Below are positions 11,683-25,500 of a stretch of 64,000 nucleotides of DNA, one piece after another (the stretch's first letter is position 1; each line of letters opens with the position of its first letter). The translations under genes were made by a program, and so were the position numbers. This DNA is from the human T2T-CHM13v2.0 reference genome, Homo sapiens, in assembly GCF_009914755.1 (NCBI RefSeq), contig NC_060936.1; one strand, 5' to 3'. The notes beneath the pieces are model-generated. The model worked only from the letters and a program-made list of their open reading frames with translations, ran no database searches and was not told the DNA's origin.

Positions 11683-12949
11683 CTTTTTTCCTTCACATCC
11701 CCACAAATTTATTGAAATACGTTATCATATCGCATTAGAGGAACTGACCCCATGAATCTGAAATGATTTCCTCAATTCTCAAATCCATACATTAACAACA
11801 TTTCAATACCTTTCACAGGTAGGCTGGTTTTCAGGCAATTTACACAAATCAAAAGAAAGAGGTGTAGAGGATAGTCATCATAAACCCAGATACATTGTTA
11901 TACCTGAGGGTAATTTTTTTTTTGCAAAATATATTGTACCATGAGTAATGGATTGTCCTGCTGTGCTTTCAAGGAAAGCATATGTTGTATACTGAGAGTT
12001 TAATTTGAAAACGCACTGCAGTAAACATGTTAACCCTAGTATCTCCATTAATCTTAACAACCACCCTGACAGTTAGGTCCTATTTTACTCATTTTGCAAA
12101 TGAGCAAACTGTGGCTCAGAGAGACAGAGAGCCTGTGGTAGTGCTTAAAGGCTGGTGTGTCTGATTCCAATGCCCAGTCTAATTTCCTTGGGCTACAAGG
12201 TCTCAGAGGAACTTGGATCCTGGAAGTGAGAAGTGACCTATTTCAGATCTCCACTAGAATGTCCCTTGGTCCCAATGCTCATGGGCCACCAAGGCCATTC
12301 TCATTCTGACACAGCCTAAGACCTCTCCTTTCTGTCCCCGATGATCACAGGCCACACACCTGGAACAATATACTTGAGGCCCCCATCTGTGCCTCACAAC
12401 AATATCTTTGCCTCTGTTTCCTGCGCTGATGAAGGCCCTGTGGGAAACACATCTATTGCTGCCCTGGTAGGCCCTGCATTTCCCTTTTCCTGTATCTCAG
12501 CCACTTCCTTATTTCCCAGTTGCTCCAGCATTTTACTCTACAGCCAAGCATGAGTGCCCACCTAAGCCAGATCCTAGACACATCCCCACCCTGCCAGTTG
12601 TGCATAACTGATCACAAAGCCCCCACCCTCTTAAAAGAATATTCAGATTCCAGTTTTACAGGATGGGCAGGGATCATCAAATCACATTTAAGTTCATCCT
12701 TCAGATGAACTTCACAGAATTCAACAGCATACCTGTCAGGTTAGGAACAACACATTTGGGAAATAAGCCACCATCCGAGACCTTCTGATCTCACGCATTT
12801 TTAACAAAGGCCATTTTGGAAAGTAATTTTGATATAGATAGTTCTTTGTACTTACCAAGACTCATTTGCTGCTGAGCATGTAAGATGTACAATGCATTAA
12901 AATAATGTAATTATTTTGTCTATACTATTAATATTTTCCATTTTAAATA

Positions 12950-13790
12950 ACTTATTTTTAAATTACAAAGATGATTGTTATAAAATACAGGAGCATCGGA
13001 GAGAAAAAATTACACATATTTCTGTCACCCAGATATTGGTATAGTTGTATATAATTAATTACAAACTTGTAAACATAGCTACAGATACAAACATTTATTA
13101 GTGTCTTTTTCATAAAATTGGTATTGTACTCTTTATTCTGCCATCTGAATTTACTGTATCATGAATAACTTTTTATTACATTTAGAATTCTTCAGCAGCA
13201 TACATTTTATTGGCTGCATATAATTTTATTGTAAGAATAAACTGTGATTTTTATAATCAGCCTCTTTACTCTTATGCATTTTAGTTGTTTCCATTTTTTT
13301 AACTGTTCTACACAACACTGCAATGAACTTCCTTGATAGTAAACTGTTGTAGCCATCTGTGATTATTTAGCAAGACAAATTTCTAACTGAAGCATTCCTA
13401 GGTCAAAAGAAATGAACTTTTAGATTATAACTGCTTTCAAATTTATAACATTTAATAATTGGTACTTCCCACTAATTTTTATGACATGTAAAGTCTCACT
13501 GTTATTTCAGGTTAGTGAGATTTTATGACCTATTTTCATAATTATCAGTGTAATAAAGCAAGTTTTCCCTTCAACTACTTTTCATCTACTTTTCTTTTGC
13601 CCTTGTAGATCATCCTTGCCCAAGAAAAAAATCCTCCTCCCTTTGAGAAAGTACATACAAAGTTTATTTTTTTAAAAAAACTGAAAAAAGTATGAGAAAA
13701 TAATGTTCATTAAATGTCTATCTATAGGTGTTTGTGACATTTATTCTCTGTATGTATTTTTCTGTGTGCTTGAGTTATTACATGGCTAAA
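12950..13790 (-). mobile_element. Old L1 (L1M) fragments
   Basis: T-rich; ttttattggctgcatataattttattgt, tttagttgtttccatttttt, ttcctaggtcaaaag. Confidence 0.55.
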
Positions 13791-14141
13791 AGGAAAAGGA
13801 AAAGAAGTGTTAATAAAAATAGTGGGGGCACCAAAGAGAGAATGAACATTTCTCCTTGAGAAGAGCTTAAAAGAATCCATAGAAAAAGAGAGCCTTTATC
13901 TGAGCCTTGGAAAAATTGGGGAGGTGTGCGCCCAGCTAACAGGATGGGTGAGGAACAAGGTGCTTCAAGCAGAGGAAGCAGCCTGAGCGAAGGCAGGGTG
14001 TGTGAAATGGTATGGCACAGCCAGGAAAACCATGGGGACTCCTGGGCCTACCTGTTATAAACACATTACTTATCTTCTCTGCTTCTCAGTTTCCCTCTCT
14101 CTAAAATGGGGCTAATACAACTACAAGCCTCCCAGGGTTAT

Positions 14142-14523
14142 TGTCTTGATCCAATTGTGCTGCTATACCAAAATACCACAGACTAGGTCATTATAAGAAA
14201 CAGAAGCTTATTCCTCACAGTTCTGGGGGCTGGGAAGTCCTAGATCAAGCAGGCAGTTTTGGTGTCTGGTGAGAACCCTATTTCCTCTTCCAAGATGGCA
14301 CCTCACTGCTGCATCTTCCAAAAAGGATGAATGCTATGTCCTCACATGGCAAAGGATGGAAGGGCCACAAGGTGTTTCTTTCAACCTTGACCCCTTTTAT
14401 AAGGATGCTAATCTCATTCATGGTGACTTAATCACCTGCCAAAGGCCACACCTAATACTCTTGCACTGGGGATTAAGTTTCAACATAAATTTTAGAGGGG
14501 ACACCATCATTGAAACCATGGTA
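14142..14523 (-). mobile_element. MaLR solo LTR (MST/MLT1A-like) inserted in a MIR
   Basis: tgctgctataccaaaataccacagact, cacagttctgggggctgggaagtcc; perfect 5-bp TSD gttat at 14137-14141 and 14524-14528. Confidence 0.88.
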
Positions 14524-15046
14524 GTTATCATGAAGATTCTGTGGGATAAGCACCTATCACAGCACCTGGCAGTTGGTAAGTACTCAAAAATTATGAGCTA
14601 TGAAAAAGATAAACTTCAACATGGTGAGCACATAGTGTACAAGTGGGGTAGGCAGGAAGAAAGAGAAAAGACACAATTCATTCATTTATGCATCCATTCA
14701 TTCAAAGTTGACAGAGTAGGGGATACAGCTTTAAACATCATGCTACCCTGTCCTCAAAGCATATCAGTCTACATGGGTAGAGAGAAAGGTACAATCCCTT
14801 CAATATTGGGATAAATATGCATGTTCACATGAAGAGGTGTGGTCTCCAATCTGGAGGGAGCATCTAAATGCCTTTACATAGCTTGTAAGACCCTTTCTTG
14901 TATTCGCAGAAAATGTTTGGTGTGTGTAATGTTTGGTAGACATGTTGCAATAGTGATAAATGTCACTCCAACCCAGGGTTACCCATCCCCACTAGGGAGA
15001 TATCATTCCAGGTAATAGCTGGTAACAGATCACAGCAGACTGAAGG

Positions 15047-15230
15047 ACAGTATAGTGCAGTGATTAGAAACACAGACTCTGGAGCCAGACTGTCTAGATT
15101 CAAGTCATATAATCAAAGCACATATTTATATCCAACCTCATATTGTATAGCTGTTGGGAGGATTAAGTGAGTAAATATTTGTAAATTACCTAGGGCACAG
15201 CTTAGAATGTAAGTGCTTTACTATTATTAT
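15047..15230 (+). mobile_element. MIR SINE
   Basis: 5' end acagtatagtgcagtgattagaaacacagactctggagccagactg. Confidence 0.75.
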
Positions 15231-16729
15231 GTCTTACCAAATCTTAATATTTGATAATCATTAGATGAATGAATTAATGATGAACTCTTTTAAGCCAAAG
15301 AGTGACAGGATGCACTCAATATTTCAGAAAGAGCCAACTTTCCTTATCATTCCTCTGGAAATTGGCTGAACCTCTCTTTGGAGGAATTTACCTATGGATG
15401 AATTCAGCAGGGCTACTAAAGATTACATTCTCTTCAGTCCCAGCAGTTTTCTGGTCTTTCTCCTTCACACCAGGACCTCTATACCACCTAAGAAACATTC
15501 TTAGATGAATACCCTGAGGTTGGAATTGTGCAAGGGAAAGGACTTGGCTTACACAGCTTAGTAAGTGATGGGAAGTATTGCTTTAGAACTAATTTATGTA
15601 GGAACAAGAACCACTTACCTTTTAGAAGTGCCTTGTTTCCTTTGATCCTGACAATAACCCTGAAAGAGGAGTCTAATCAGCCCCATTCTTCAGATGAGGA
15701 AAATTGGATGCCAAGAAATTGGGTGAATTCTAAAAATGTTGAATTGTGTTATAGTTAAGATCAAGGGTGTAAGAATCAAAATGCAGTGAGAATCCCATTT
15801 TAGCTCTTTGCCAGGGCAACCTTGGACAAATTACTGAAATTGCCTAAACTTCAGTTTCCTCATCTGTTAAATATAGACAGTGATTGTTCTTGTGTTTTGG
15901 GATTCTTGTTATGAGCTTATAAAAAGAGCACTTAGTGCCTGGCATACAGTAAATGGGAGATGTGACTATTTCTGCTCAGACTCCTGTAAAATTGTTCATC
16001 TAGCCTCAGCCCATTTAGTTGTGTTGAGTGAAAAAAAATGCACAGGCAAAGCAGAGGTCAATGTTTCCAGAGTAAAAATAGAATATCTCTGCCCATGAAA
16101 GATAAACCCAATCTTTAGGAACATAAAATGGAAACATGGAGAAGGAGCTAACGAGCCATTTTGCTGACTAAATGTTGTTGTTTCTCTAGACTGCCTATGA
16201 GATGTCCAGAGGTGCTAGAAGAATATTGCATACGGTTGTGAGTTCTTGCTTTTGCTAATTTTCCCCCACAAAGTTTTGGCTGAGGACGAAACAATGATTC
16301 ACATCATAGCTTACCTCACTCAAAGAATCAAGAGAAAATATTGCAATTCAATCAACAAAGCCCATGCCCAAATAATCCACCTTCAGATACCCAAATGAGA
16401 ACTTTAGAGCTTCTTAAAGCCACAAAGCCAAATTAGAACTCTGGTAAGTCAGTTACAATTTGGCTAAAGACCAAAGCCATCAAATCCAAGAGAGAATCCA
16501 GAAGAAAGAACAAGTCATTAGAGCAGGCACAGCTTTCAGACCAGTGAGCAGAAAGAGTAGCCACTGACCACTGGTTGGCTAAAATGCTGAGGAAAAAATG
16601 TGACTAAAAATTCTACAAAGCAACATTAACATCCAGTGGGGTCTAGAGTCCAGCCTGAAATGTCGGAACAATGGTAGCTTTCATTGACTTATATACTTAT
16701 GTGAATACTTATGTGAATAGCTATATTTT

Positions 16730-17320
16730 AAGATTTCTAATTGAAGTAGTATAACATCCCAAAAGTAAAAAAAAATGAACAGATCATAAGTTTACAATTT
16801 GATAAATTTTCCAAAAGGAACACAACATAGAACAGACACATAGATTACCCAAAAACCACATTACCAGCCCCCGACAAGTCCCTCTCATCCCCCCTCCTAT
16901 TATTAACACCTCCTCCCACAAGGTACCCCTTATCCTGACTTCCAAAATCATAGATTGGTTTTTACCTGTTTTCACACTTTATGTAATAGAATCATACACT
17001 ATGTCATCTTTTGTCTTTGACTTTGTTTAGTCAACACTGTTTGTGATATTCACACGTGCTGTTGTGTGAATTGAAGATTATTCATGGTCATTGCGGTGTA
17101 TTATTCCAGTGCATGAATCTACCATTGTTTATCTGTTCTACTCTAGATGGGCATCAGGGCAGTTCCCAGATTGGGCTACTATAAATAGTGCTACTATGAA
17201 TATTCTGTTATATGTTTTTTAATGACCATATGAGCACATACATTTCCATGAGATTTTCCACGTTGGTGTGCAATTGTTGCATCGGAGAAAGACACATGTT
17301 CAACTTTAATAGATTCAGCC
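16730..17320 (-). mobile_element. Old L1 3' fragment
   Basis: ttttacctgttttcacactttatgtaatagaatcatacactatg; ggctactataaatagtgctactatgaatattc. Confidence 0.75.
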
Positions 17321-18539
17321 TGTTCTTTTATAGTGCCAATTTATTCCTGCACAAGAAAAATAGCTATGATGTTTTGAGCACTTACTATGTGTCCAGTATT
17401 GCACTGGGCCCATTACATAGGCCAACTTATTATATCCCTACAAACCTGAGAGTAGAATGACGTTAATACCCCCGTTTAAAAGACAAGGTAACTGAGTCCC
17501 TGGGAGGTGATATGGTCTGGCCAAGTTCACACAGAGAGTAACTGAAAGAACTGAGATATGACCCAAGGCCCAGCTGACCCCAAACCTCACACTTGCCGTT
17601 TTGCCAGTTATGGCAGCTTCTGTTTGGAGTGTGATATGGTTTAGGATAGAGTTTAGAATCATCACATATTGGAATACTCAAAAGAATGAATGGCTGTTTA
17701 ATATCCATCTCCTCTGGCTGGATTACTTTTCACGCTGCTCACCCCACTTCATCTAGCTACCTTTATTTGCCCCCTCTCCAGATCTCAGAATAGATGCCAC
17801 TGCCTCTGAGAAGCCTGCCCTGATGTTCCATGGCAAGGTGCTTCCTCTAGCCCCGAACTTCTTGCCATGACCCTTTATGCAAATTATTTTGCTGACCTCT
17901 TTAATGACATTTGATCTCATTAGAGTGCATACTCCACAAGGGAAGACTGAGTCTCCTTTGCACAAAGCATAGTACTTGGAAGAGAGCTGGCCTTCAATGA
18001 ATATTTCTTGAATGAATGAATACTACTTTCTGGAACCCCATAGGCTCACAATCAAGAAAAAAAAAATAAAGAAAGAAGGAAAAGAGCATTTTAACTTGTA
18101 GTAGATGTTTAAGACTGGAGTAAAAACCAATAATGCATCAGTCTTCAGCACAGTGGGTCCCCTCAGGACTGCACGTAGGATCCTGTACAGCCTGGCATGT
18201 GTTTCCCTGAGGCTTGTAGTTCTGGGGATTTGGTCTGAAACACTCGCGTAGCTTCAGGATAACCACACTGGAACGTCTTTTCCTTCTTTGCCATGTAGAC
18301 CTGCTCTGATTTCAGAAATGTTATTATGATGCTGAGTGAGAGGAAGATTAGAAGGAACTGAATGTGTCTTCCGTACCTTTGTGTGAACCAAGACCTTACG
18401 CATAGACTTAGCTCTAATATCAAGGCCACCTTGTAGGTCCTTTGGCAAGTTCTTTCTTTTATTCACCATTTTTGTCTACCCTTTGACTCCTCTAGCGGCC
18501 TGTAAGTCTTTGCAGGCAAGGTCTCTGTCTTGTTCATCA

Positions 18540-20036
18540 TTATATCTGGCACCTGCCTTCATCTGTAGCCTTATCTCATGTCATTCTGCCCCATTCACTA
18601 ACCTCAAGCCACGCAATTTTTTTTCTGCCTTGGGAGCTATGTATTTAGGCTCATTTCTGTCCCAGGTCTTTTGAGCTGTCTATTCTTTCTGCCTGGATGA
18701 CTTTTTCTCTTTTCTACATGTGACTCAGCAGTTCTCATTTTCCAGGTTCAGATTATATGTTTCCCCCTTAGAGATGCCTTCCCTGGACACTATTTTTATT
18801 TATTCTCCTTTATTATTTTATTGTTTGATAATACAGCTGGGAAATGTTTTGCTTGTTTCTTTACATGTCTAACACCTGCCTCCCTATCTAGAAGTGAGTC
18901 CTTATAGAGGCTTAATCATATCTATCTTATTCCCTTATATTTCTTCCAGCTCCTAAAATCAGAAAACTCACTGAATGTCTGTTGAATGAATTGATATATT
19001 TCACAGCACTGAGCACAGAATCTAACACATAGTAGACAATCGATCAATGTTTGTTGAATGTATCAGAAATTCTAAGACAATCCCCCAACCCTCCACCCCC
19101 TCTCCAAAATAGCTTTCATTCATTCATCCAGTCGGTCAGCAAACATTAACTGAGCAAATACCAGGTACATGTACAGAGTCAACAATGCAGTATTCCTTAT
19201 CTCAGCAGACAGAGAAGCCATTGAGTTGGTTGCTTCAGCACAAATCCTTGGTTTCATCCTTGATTCCTGTCTTTCTCAATGCACACCCAAACCATCAGCA
19301 AATCCTATTGATTCTCCCTTCAAAGTATACACAGAATCCTTCCGCATCCTATCACCTCTACCACGACCCCTCTGGCCCTGAGCGTCATGATCTCTCATCT
19401 GGACAATCACAACAGCCTCCTAGATGTTCTCTCTGCTTCTGCTTGTGCCCCGCTATGTTCTGTCCTTCACAAGGCAAGCAAGATGTCTGTTACAGTAATG
19501 TAAGCCGTATTATACCCTCACCCTGCTTAATGCCTCCAATGACCTGAGGTCAAATTACAATAAAACCCACACCATAGCTTGCAAAGCCCTATGGGATCCG
19601 TCCTTTGCTCACCTCCCTGACCCCATTACCTCACACCTTGTCCCTGCTTTCTCTGCTCCAGCCACACTGAACAACTTGCTCCTCCTCAGATACCCCAGGC
19701 ACTTCTCACCTTTGCATTTTCTCTTCACTCTCTCCAGAATGCTTTCCCCTGAGAACTACATGGTTCTTTCCTTCACTTCAATCACATCTCTCTTGAAATG
19801 TCCAAAAATGGTCCCTGATTTTTGTTACTAAAACAGCCCCCGATCAGGATGCCTTGTCCTTATCCAACTTTATTTTTCATCTTAGCATTTAAAACTGCTT
19901 AACAAACTTGCTTGTGTCTCTACAACCTATTGGAAGCATCATGAGAGCAGAGTCTTTAAATGATTTATTCACTGTCACATTCCTCAGCACACAGAAGAGC
20001 TTTTTGCATGTAGTGGGCACTCAGTAAGTAGTTGTA
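18540..20036 (+). mobile_element. L2 LINE fragments (several)
   Basis: catgatctctcatctggacaatcacaacagcctcct, ctctgctccagccacactg; 3' ends cacatagtagacaatcgatcaatgtttgttgaatg and tagtgggcactcagtaagtagttg. Confidence 0.75.
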
Positions 20037-20475
20037 AAGAGAGAGAAAAAAGAAAAGAAGGAAGAAAGAAAGGAAGGAGGAAGGGAGGAGAGAAGGAGGA
20101 AGGGAGGAGGGAAGGAGAGAGAGAAAGAGAGGGGAGAAAGAAAGGAGGGAGGGGGGGAGTCAGGAAAGAAGGAGGAATGGAAGGGAGGAAGGAAGGGAGA
20201 GGAAGGAGGGAGACAGGAAACAGGGAGGGAGGAAAGAGGGAGAAAGGAAAGAGGAAGGAAGAAAGGAAAAAAGGAAGAAATGAAAGTGGAGAGTAAAGAA
20301 GGAAGGAAAGAGGGAGGAAAAGGGAGGGAAGGAAGGAAGGAAGGAGGGAGAAAGGAAAGAAGGAGGGAGGGAGGAAAAAGAGGAGGAGGGAGGGAGAGAG
20401 AGAGGAAGGAAGGAAGGGAGGGAGGGAGGAAGGGAGGGAGGGAGTGGGGAGGGAGGCAGGGAGGAGTGAAGGACT
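20036..20475. repeat. GA-rich polypurine low-complexity tract (~440 bp)
   Basis: Almost pure G/A (ggaa/ggag units). Confidence 0.95.
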
Positions 20476-22114
20476 GAAAAATGAGATGAATGAATAAATA
20501 GAGAAGTGAATGAATAAATGATTGAGACCCAGTCCCTGCCACCTACAAACTCCCAGGATAAGTCCCAGTTCAGCTCCCTCAGAAGTCCCCTAACCAGTCC
20601 AATGTAACCCACTTTGCCTGCACTCATCATTGAGGGAGCCCCTGCCCAGCACTGCCCTTCCTTTCTCCACATTTCCCCCTTTGTCCTCCTCCTCCCTCCC
20701 AACCCCACCTCTGCCTCCCATGTTACAGATTAAAAGCAACAGCCAAGCTGGCATTTACTGACTGTCAAACACCTCTCTTAGTTTCCTCAGAACAAACAGA
20801 CTCAGCCTATGTTTTTGTTTGTTTTCTTCCTTTTTCTAAGCTGCTGAGCTGTCCCTGGAATTGTGCAAGAGGTCACACGGAGGGACTGTCAACAGCTCCC
20901 TAACGTAGGTTCCTACCCCAGAAAGGGGGTCCAGGTTTTACAGGCCCAAGCGCTTGGGCAGGAACACACACACACACACAGGCTGCTGTTTGTTTTCTCC
21001 GACAGGTCGGGCATTTCCCCCTTGGGAGAGAGGAAGCTTAAAACACAGAAGGCCCCCTTCTCTAATTAGACATGAGAAACAGTTTGGATAAGCAGAGGCA
21101 TGTCACCCAAGTGTACAATCCCTTCCTGGAGAGCAGGAGGGTTGAAGCCTTTCAGGGATTTTTTTTTTCCACTTTGTTTTTAAATTTTAAAAGTTTTATA
21201 AAGAAACATTTCATATATTTTATATAATATAATGAAAGTCAAAAGTCCCTAATAAAACCTTTAACTCCATATCTCCCAAAAAAACAAGAGTTTGTTGTTC
21301 AATCATGCATTCATTGATCCATTCAACAAATATTTATGGAGTGCCTACTACACACCAGACACTGTTCTAGCTTTTTGGGAGTGCAAAAGCAAGTAAAAGC
21401 TGACCTTTCCAGAAAGTTTCTCTTTGCAGCCAAAAATTTAAAAATGATCTATTACAAACAGGGGAGAAACTGGTCACTTCTGTGTCATCCCACATAACCC
21501 TCGCAGAGTGATTGTACTAGACACACTGTTTGGGGCTTCATTTTCTTTATTTAAACATACATCTTGAGTTCTTTTCCATATCCGTTCATAAACTTCTACC
21601 TTGTGCATTTCAGAAGCTGCACAGTGCTCCATTGTTTAGCAGTACCATAACGTATGGAAAGTTTTCTGTAGTTGGATACTTGGGTTATTTCCAAGCTGAT
21701 TTCTAGAAGTGAGATTGCTTGAAAGAAGGAAAGGGTTGAAAACCTGACAGATATTTGCAAAAGGAGTGAAAGACTTTGAAAAGTGAAGGGTTAACTTGGC
21801 ATCTACCCTTAGCTTCACATGCTCCGTCCATCTCATCTTAAAAGTAAAGAGGGTTTTTCCTAAGACACCTGGGGAGTTGGAGAATTCACTGACATTTACT
21901 GAACATAAAGGTATGTCTAACCTTATGAAATCCTGATTCTCCCTTGTCTTGCTGGATGATAATTGTCTAGTTATATATTGGTTTCTACCATGAGACCATG
22001 GGCTTCTGGAAAGCCAGGGACTTATCTTTCTAGTGCCTAGAATAGAACTAGAGACAGGGAGAGTACTCAGTAAAAGCCTGCTGAAGGAATAATTAATTTG
22101 AAAGGAATGAATGA

Positions 22115-22810
22115 GGTATCTATCCGAAAGAAAAGAAATTATTACACCAGTACTTGAATGTTTATTGCAGCACTACTCATAATAGCAAAGATATGGAGTC
22201 AACCCAAGTGTCTGTCAATGGATGATTGGATAAAGAAAATGTAGCACATTATATATATACACACACATACACATATATATGATACTTTACCTATAGTACT
22301 ATAATATATAGTACATATAATTATAACCTTTTAATATATAATATTACTATATATAATGTACTACATTATAATATATATAAAGTTATATATATATATTATA
22401 TATAAAGTAATACATACACACACACACCATGGCATACTACATAGCCATAAAAATAATGAAATCATGCCTTTTGCAGCAACACAGATGGAACCGGAGGCCA
22501 TTATCTTAAGTGAAATAACTCAGAAGGAGAAAGTCAAATATCACATGCTCTCACTCATAAGTAGGAACTAAATAATGTGTATGCACGGGGACAGACAGTG
22601 GAATAATAGACACTGGAGTTGGGAATAGTGGGAGGGTAGGACTGTGGTGAGGAACAAAAAGTTATCTAATGGGTACAAGGTACACTATTGGTGTGATGGC
22701 TATACGGAAAGCCCAGACTTCACCACTACACAGTCTATCCATGTATCAAGAATTCACTTGTACTCCCTAAAGTTATAAAAGTACAAAAATAAATAAATAA
22801 ATTTTAAAAT
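22115..22810 (+). mobile_element. L1 3' end (L1PB/L1MA-like) with an internal AT-rich expansion
   Basis: atgtttattgcagcacta, aatgaaatcatgccttttgcagcaacacagatggaac, cccagacttcaccactacac; A-rich tail. Confidence 0.88.
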
Positions 22811-22939
22811 GAGAAAAAAGAATGAATGAATAGACAGACTTTGGGTGGATAAATAGATAAATGGGTTGGTGGTTAGAAAAACAGAAGGATAGATGTATGT
22901 ATAAATGCATGGATGGATGGATTTAAAGTAGATAGATAG

Positions 22940-23246
22940 GGCTGGGCATAGTGGCTCACACCTGCAATCCCAGCACTTTGGGAGGCTGAGGTGGGCAGGT
23001 CACTTGAGGCCAGGAGTTTGAGACCACTCTGGCCAATATGGCAAACCCCCATCTCTACCACAAATACAAAAAAAAAAAAAATAGCCAGGCGTTGTGGCAC
23101 ATGACTGTAGTCCCAGCTACTCCAGAGGCTGAGGCAGGAGAATCACTTGAACCCAGAGGCAGAGGTTGCAGTGAGCTGAGATCATACACCACTGCTGCAC
23201 TCCAGCCTGAGCAATAGAGTGAGACTCTATCTCAAAAAAAAAAAAA
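22940..23246 (+). mobile_element. Alu (AluS-like)
   Basis: Full dimer with A-rich linker and poly(A), inserted in a (TGGA/TGAA/TAGA)n tract. Confidence 0.95.
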
Positions 23247-24264
23247 GTGAGTAGATAGCTGGGTAGATGGATAGATACATATGGAGAAATAGATGAATGA
23301 CTATACAGATAAAATGGTGAATGAATGAATGAGTGAATGAATGAATGAATGAACATACAAAGAAGTGAGTGCATGAGTAAGTTAATGAGTGAAAGGGTGG
23401 GTAGATAGACGGATGATGACCAACGGATACATTTACACAGTTAACAAATTATAAAGATGATTACTTAGCAAAATAATTAATAGATTATTATAGAATTTCC
23501 CATAAGATCCATTTTAATAATAAACTCCTTGGATACATTAAACATTATCATTCGATTTGCATGTTGCTTGTGAGAGACACACCAAATGTGATTAGTGAAC
23601 CCAACTGCAACCCATTCTAGATCTTAGTGCTTAGTTCACCATGGGAGTCCAACAGATAGTAATTCATCAAGGTGATGAATAAGAAGGAAGAGGTTATGTG
23701 GCTCTCAGGGCACCAGGTGTGATGCCCCATTACCAACATCTGCCATCCAACATCTAGAACAGTGGGAATGTGATGCCAGGGACTCTTTGGGCCTGGAAAA
23801 TCACTGCCTAAAATTGCCTCCTTCATAAATGCACATCCTCCTGTCCGGAGTGTTTAAATACCCAAGCCATCACCAAGGAATGAAAAAGCCCCACCTGTCT
23901 TCATAGGTGGCACATAGAGCCATCTTTCCAAAATCAACAGAGATTAACAAGTCACTCCACTTTCAATCAATGCATCACTAGACTTCTGTCCCAACTTGTC
24001 TGTCAAACCCTTTGACCTGACCAGGAGCCTCTGGGTCTCCTGATCCCTTGCCCCAGCCCTCAAAGGCCATCAGTTAAACAAACCACCTTGGGAGCCATCA
24101 GCACATCTTCCAAGGCAAACAAGCCTTGGCCCCAGTGAGGTCAGCAGCAAGAAGGGTGAGGCAATTAAGCCAGCATGTTTGTCTGAAACTGGTCTCCTGC
24201 TGCTGTTCTTGACAGACAGCCACTGGGGCAGTAATTGAATCCCCTGCTTCTGGGAAGAGGAGCA

Positions 24265-24450
24265 AGTAATATTCATCAAGCACCTGCTTTGTGCCAGGTA
24301 TTATGCTGGGCTGTGGACAATGTCCCATTTTATCCTAAGAGGGGGCAATTTTCATATGAGAAAACAGGGGCTCAGAGAAGTGAAGTAGCTTACCCAAGGT
24401 CACATAGCTATCAAGTGGCAGACGGAGGATTTAAAGTTAGGTCTGCCTTT
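24265..24450 (-). mobile_element. MIR SINE
   Basis: atgagaaaacaggggctcagagaagtgaagtagcttacccaaggtcacatagct. Confidence 0.75.
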
Positions 24451-24649
24451 TGCTAAAGCGGTTTTAAAAAATATTTTGCAACTTGTGGCTGAAAGGATAA
24501 ACAATGAGACTTGTCCTCCAGCTTGGTGTCCTTATGGTGGAAGTTTTAAATATTAATGCCTATAAATGCATTTTTTAATCAAAATAAGAAATATGTCAAA
24601 GAATGAGGTATTCCATTGCCCAGAGAAGAGAGAAGAGGAAATTAATCAG

Positions 24650-25085
24650 TTTTGATTGTCTCAATGGGCCAGGAACCCAAACCCTACCCTCATGGAGCTT
24701 TCAGTCTAGTAAGAAAAAGAGCTACCAAGCAAAGACTCAAACGAATATACCTGGAACTGCAAACGATGAAAGAAAAGTCCAACGGGCAATGCTGGTATGC
24801 AATGGGGGATCCTGAATGTTATCTAGGTTTCAAGGAGGGCTTCCAAGAGAAAGTAACATTTGAATTGAGACTGGAAACACAAGTGGGTATCAGTCAGATT
24901 AAAACAGGTAGAAAGATCATCTCAGACAGAGCATGAGCAAAAGCCCTGTGGCACAAAACATCATGTGGCACTTGAGGCAATGAAAAGAGGTTAGGGTGGC
25001 TGAATCAGAGAGAAAAGTCAATTAGGTGAGAAAAGACTGGGAGTTCTTTAGGCCCAGATCAAGGAGGGTCTAGCAGGCCATTGAA
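24650..25085 (-). mobile_element. L2 fragment
   Basis: ccctaccctcatggagctttcagtctag; ggagggcttccaagagaaagtaacatttgaattgagac. Confidence 0.7.
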
Positions 25086-25094
25086 GTGGACAGA

Positions 25095-25500
25095 GAGATA
25101 CACCTAGATCCCTCTTTAAGAAAAAATGTGCTCTGGCTGCTGAGAGCACTGTCAGCAGTTGGCCTTCATCAATCAACCCCTTCAAGGAGTCCCCCAGTAG
25201 CAGAGAGCAGCTTTGCAGCCACACCCCTTCTCAAAGAGACCCACATCCCATGAATGATTCATGTGGAAATATAAAGATCTGGCCATCCGAGTCCAATGAG
25301 GGACAATGCTGAAGAGCATTCTAGCTCCAAAGCTCCCCATGGGGCTGGCCAAGGCTGTTGTCAACTGCATCCCTGTTCACTTCTGTTCATACTCACTCCT
25401 GCTCCTTTCCCTGCCATTGCACAAGGATTTATGCCAAGAACATACCAGAAACATCTTGTGCACTAGACTCCATCTCAGTGTCTGCATTCAGGGGAACTCA
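25095..25500 (+). mobile_element. ERVL solo LTR (LTR16-like)
   Basis: gctgctgagagcactgtcagc; ccaaagctccccatggggctggccaaggct; ctccatctcagtgtctgcattcaggggaac. Confidence 0.65.

Noticed and set aside
11416-11696. V-rich 'transmembrane-like' and T-rich 'mucin-like' ORFs
   Set aside because: Translation of the degenerate (GGT)n tract.
14269-14814. 181-aa ORF
   Set aside because: Runs across an antisense MaLR LTR, a MIR and L2-like sequence; chance ORF with a non-ATG start.
20021-20708. 173-182 aa P/S/F/L-rich ORFs
   Set aside because: Translation of the GA-rich simple repeat.
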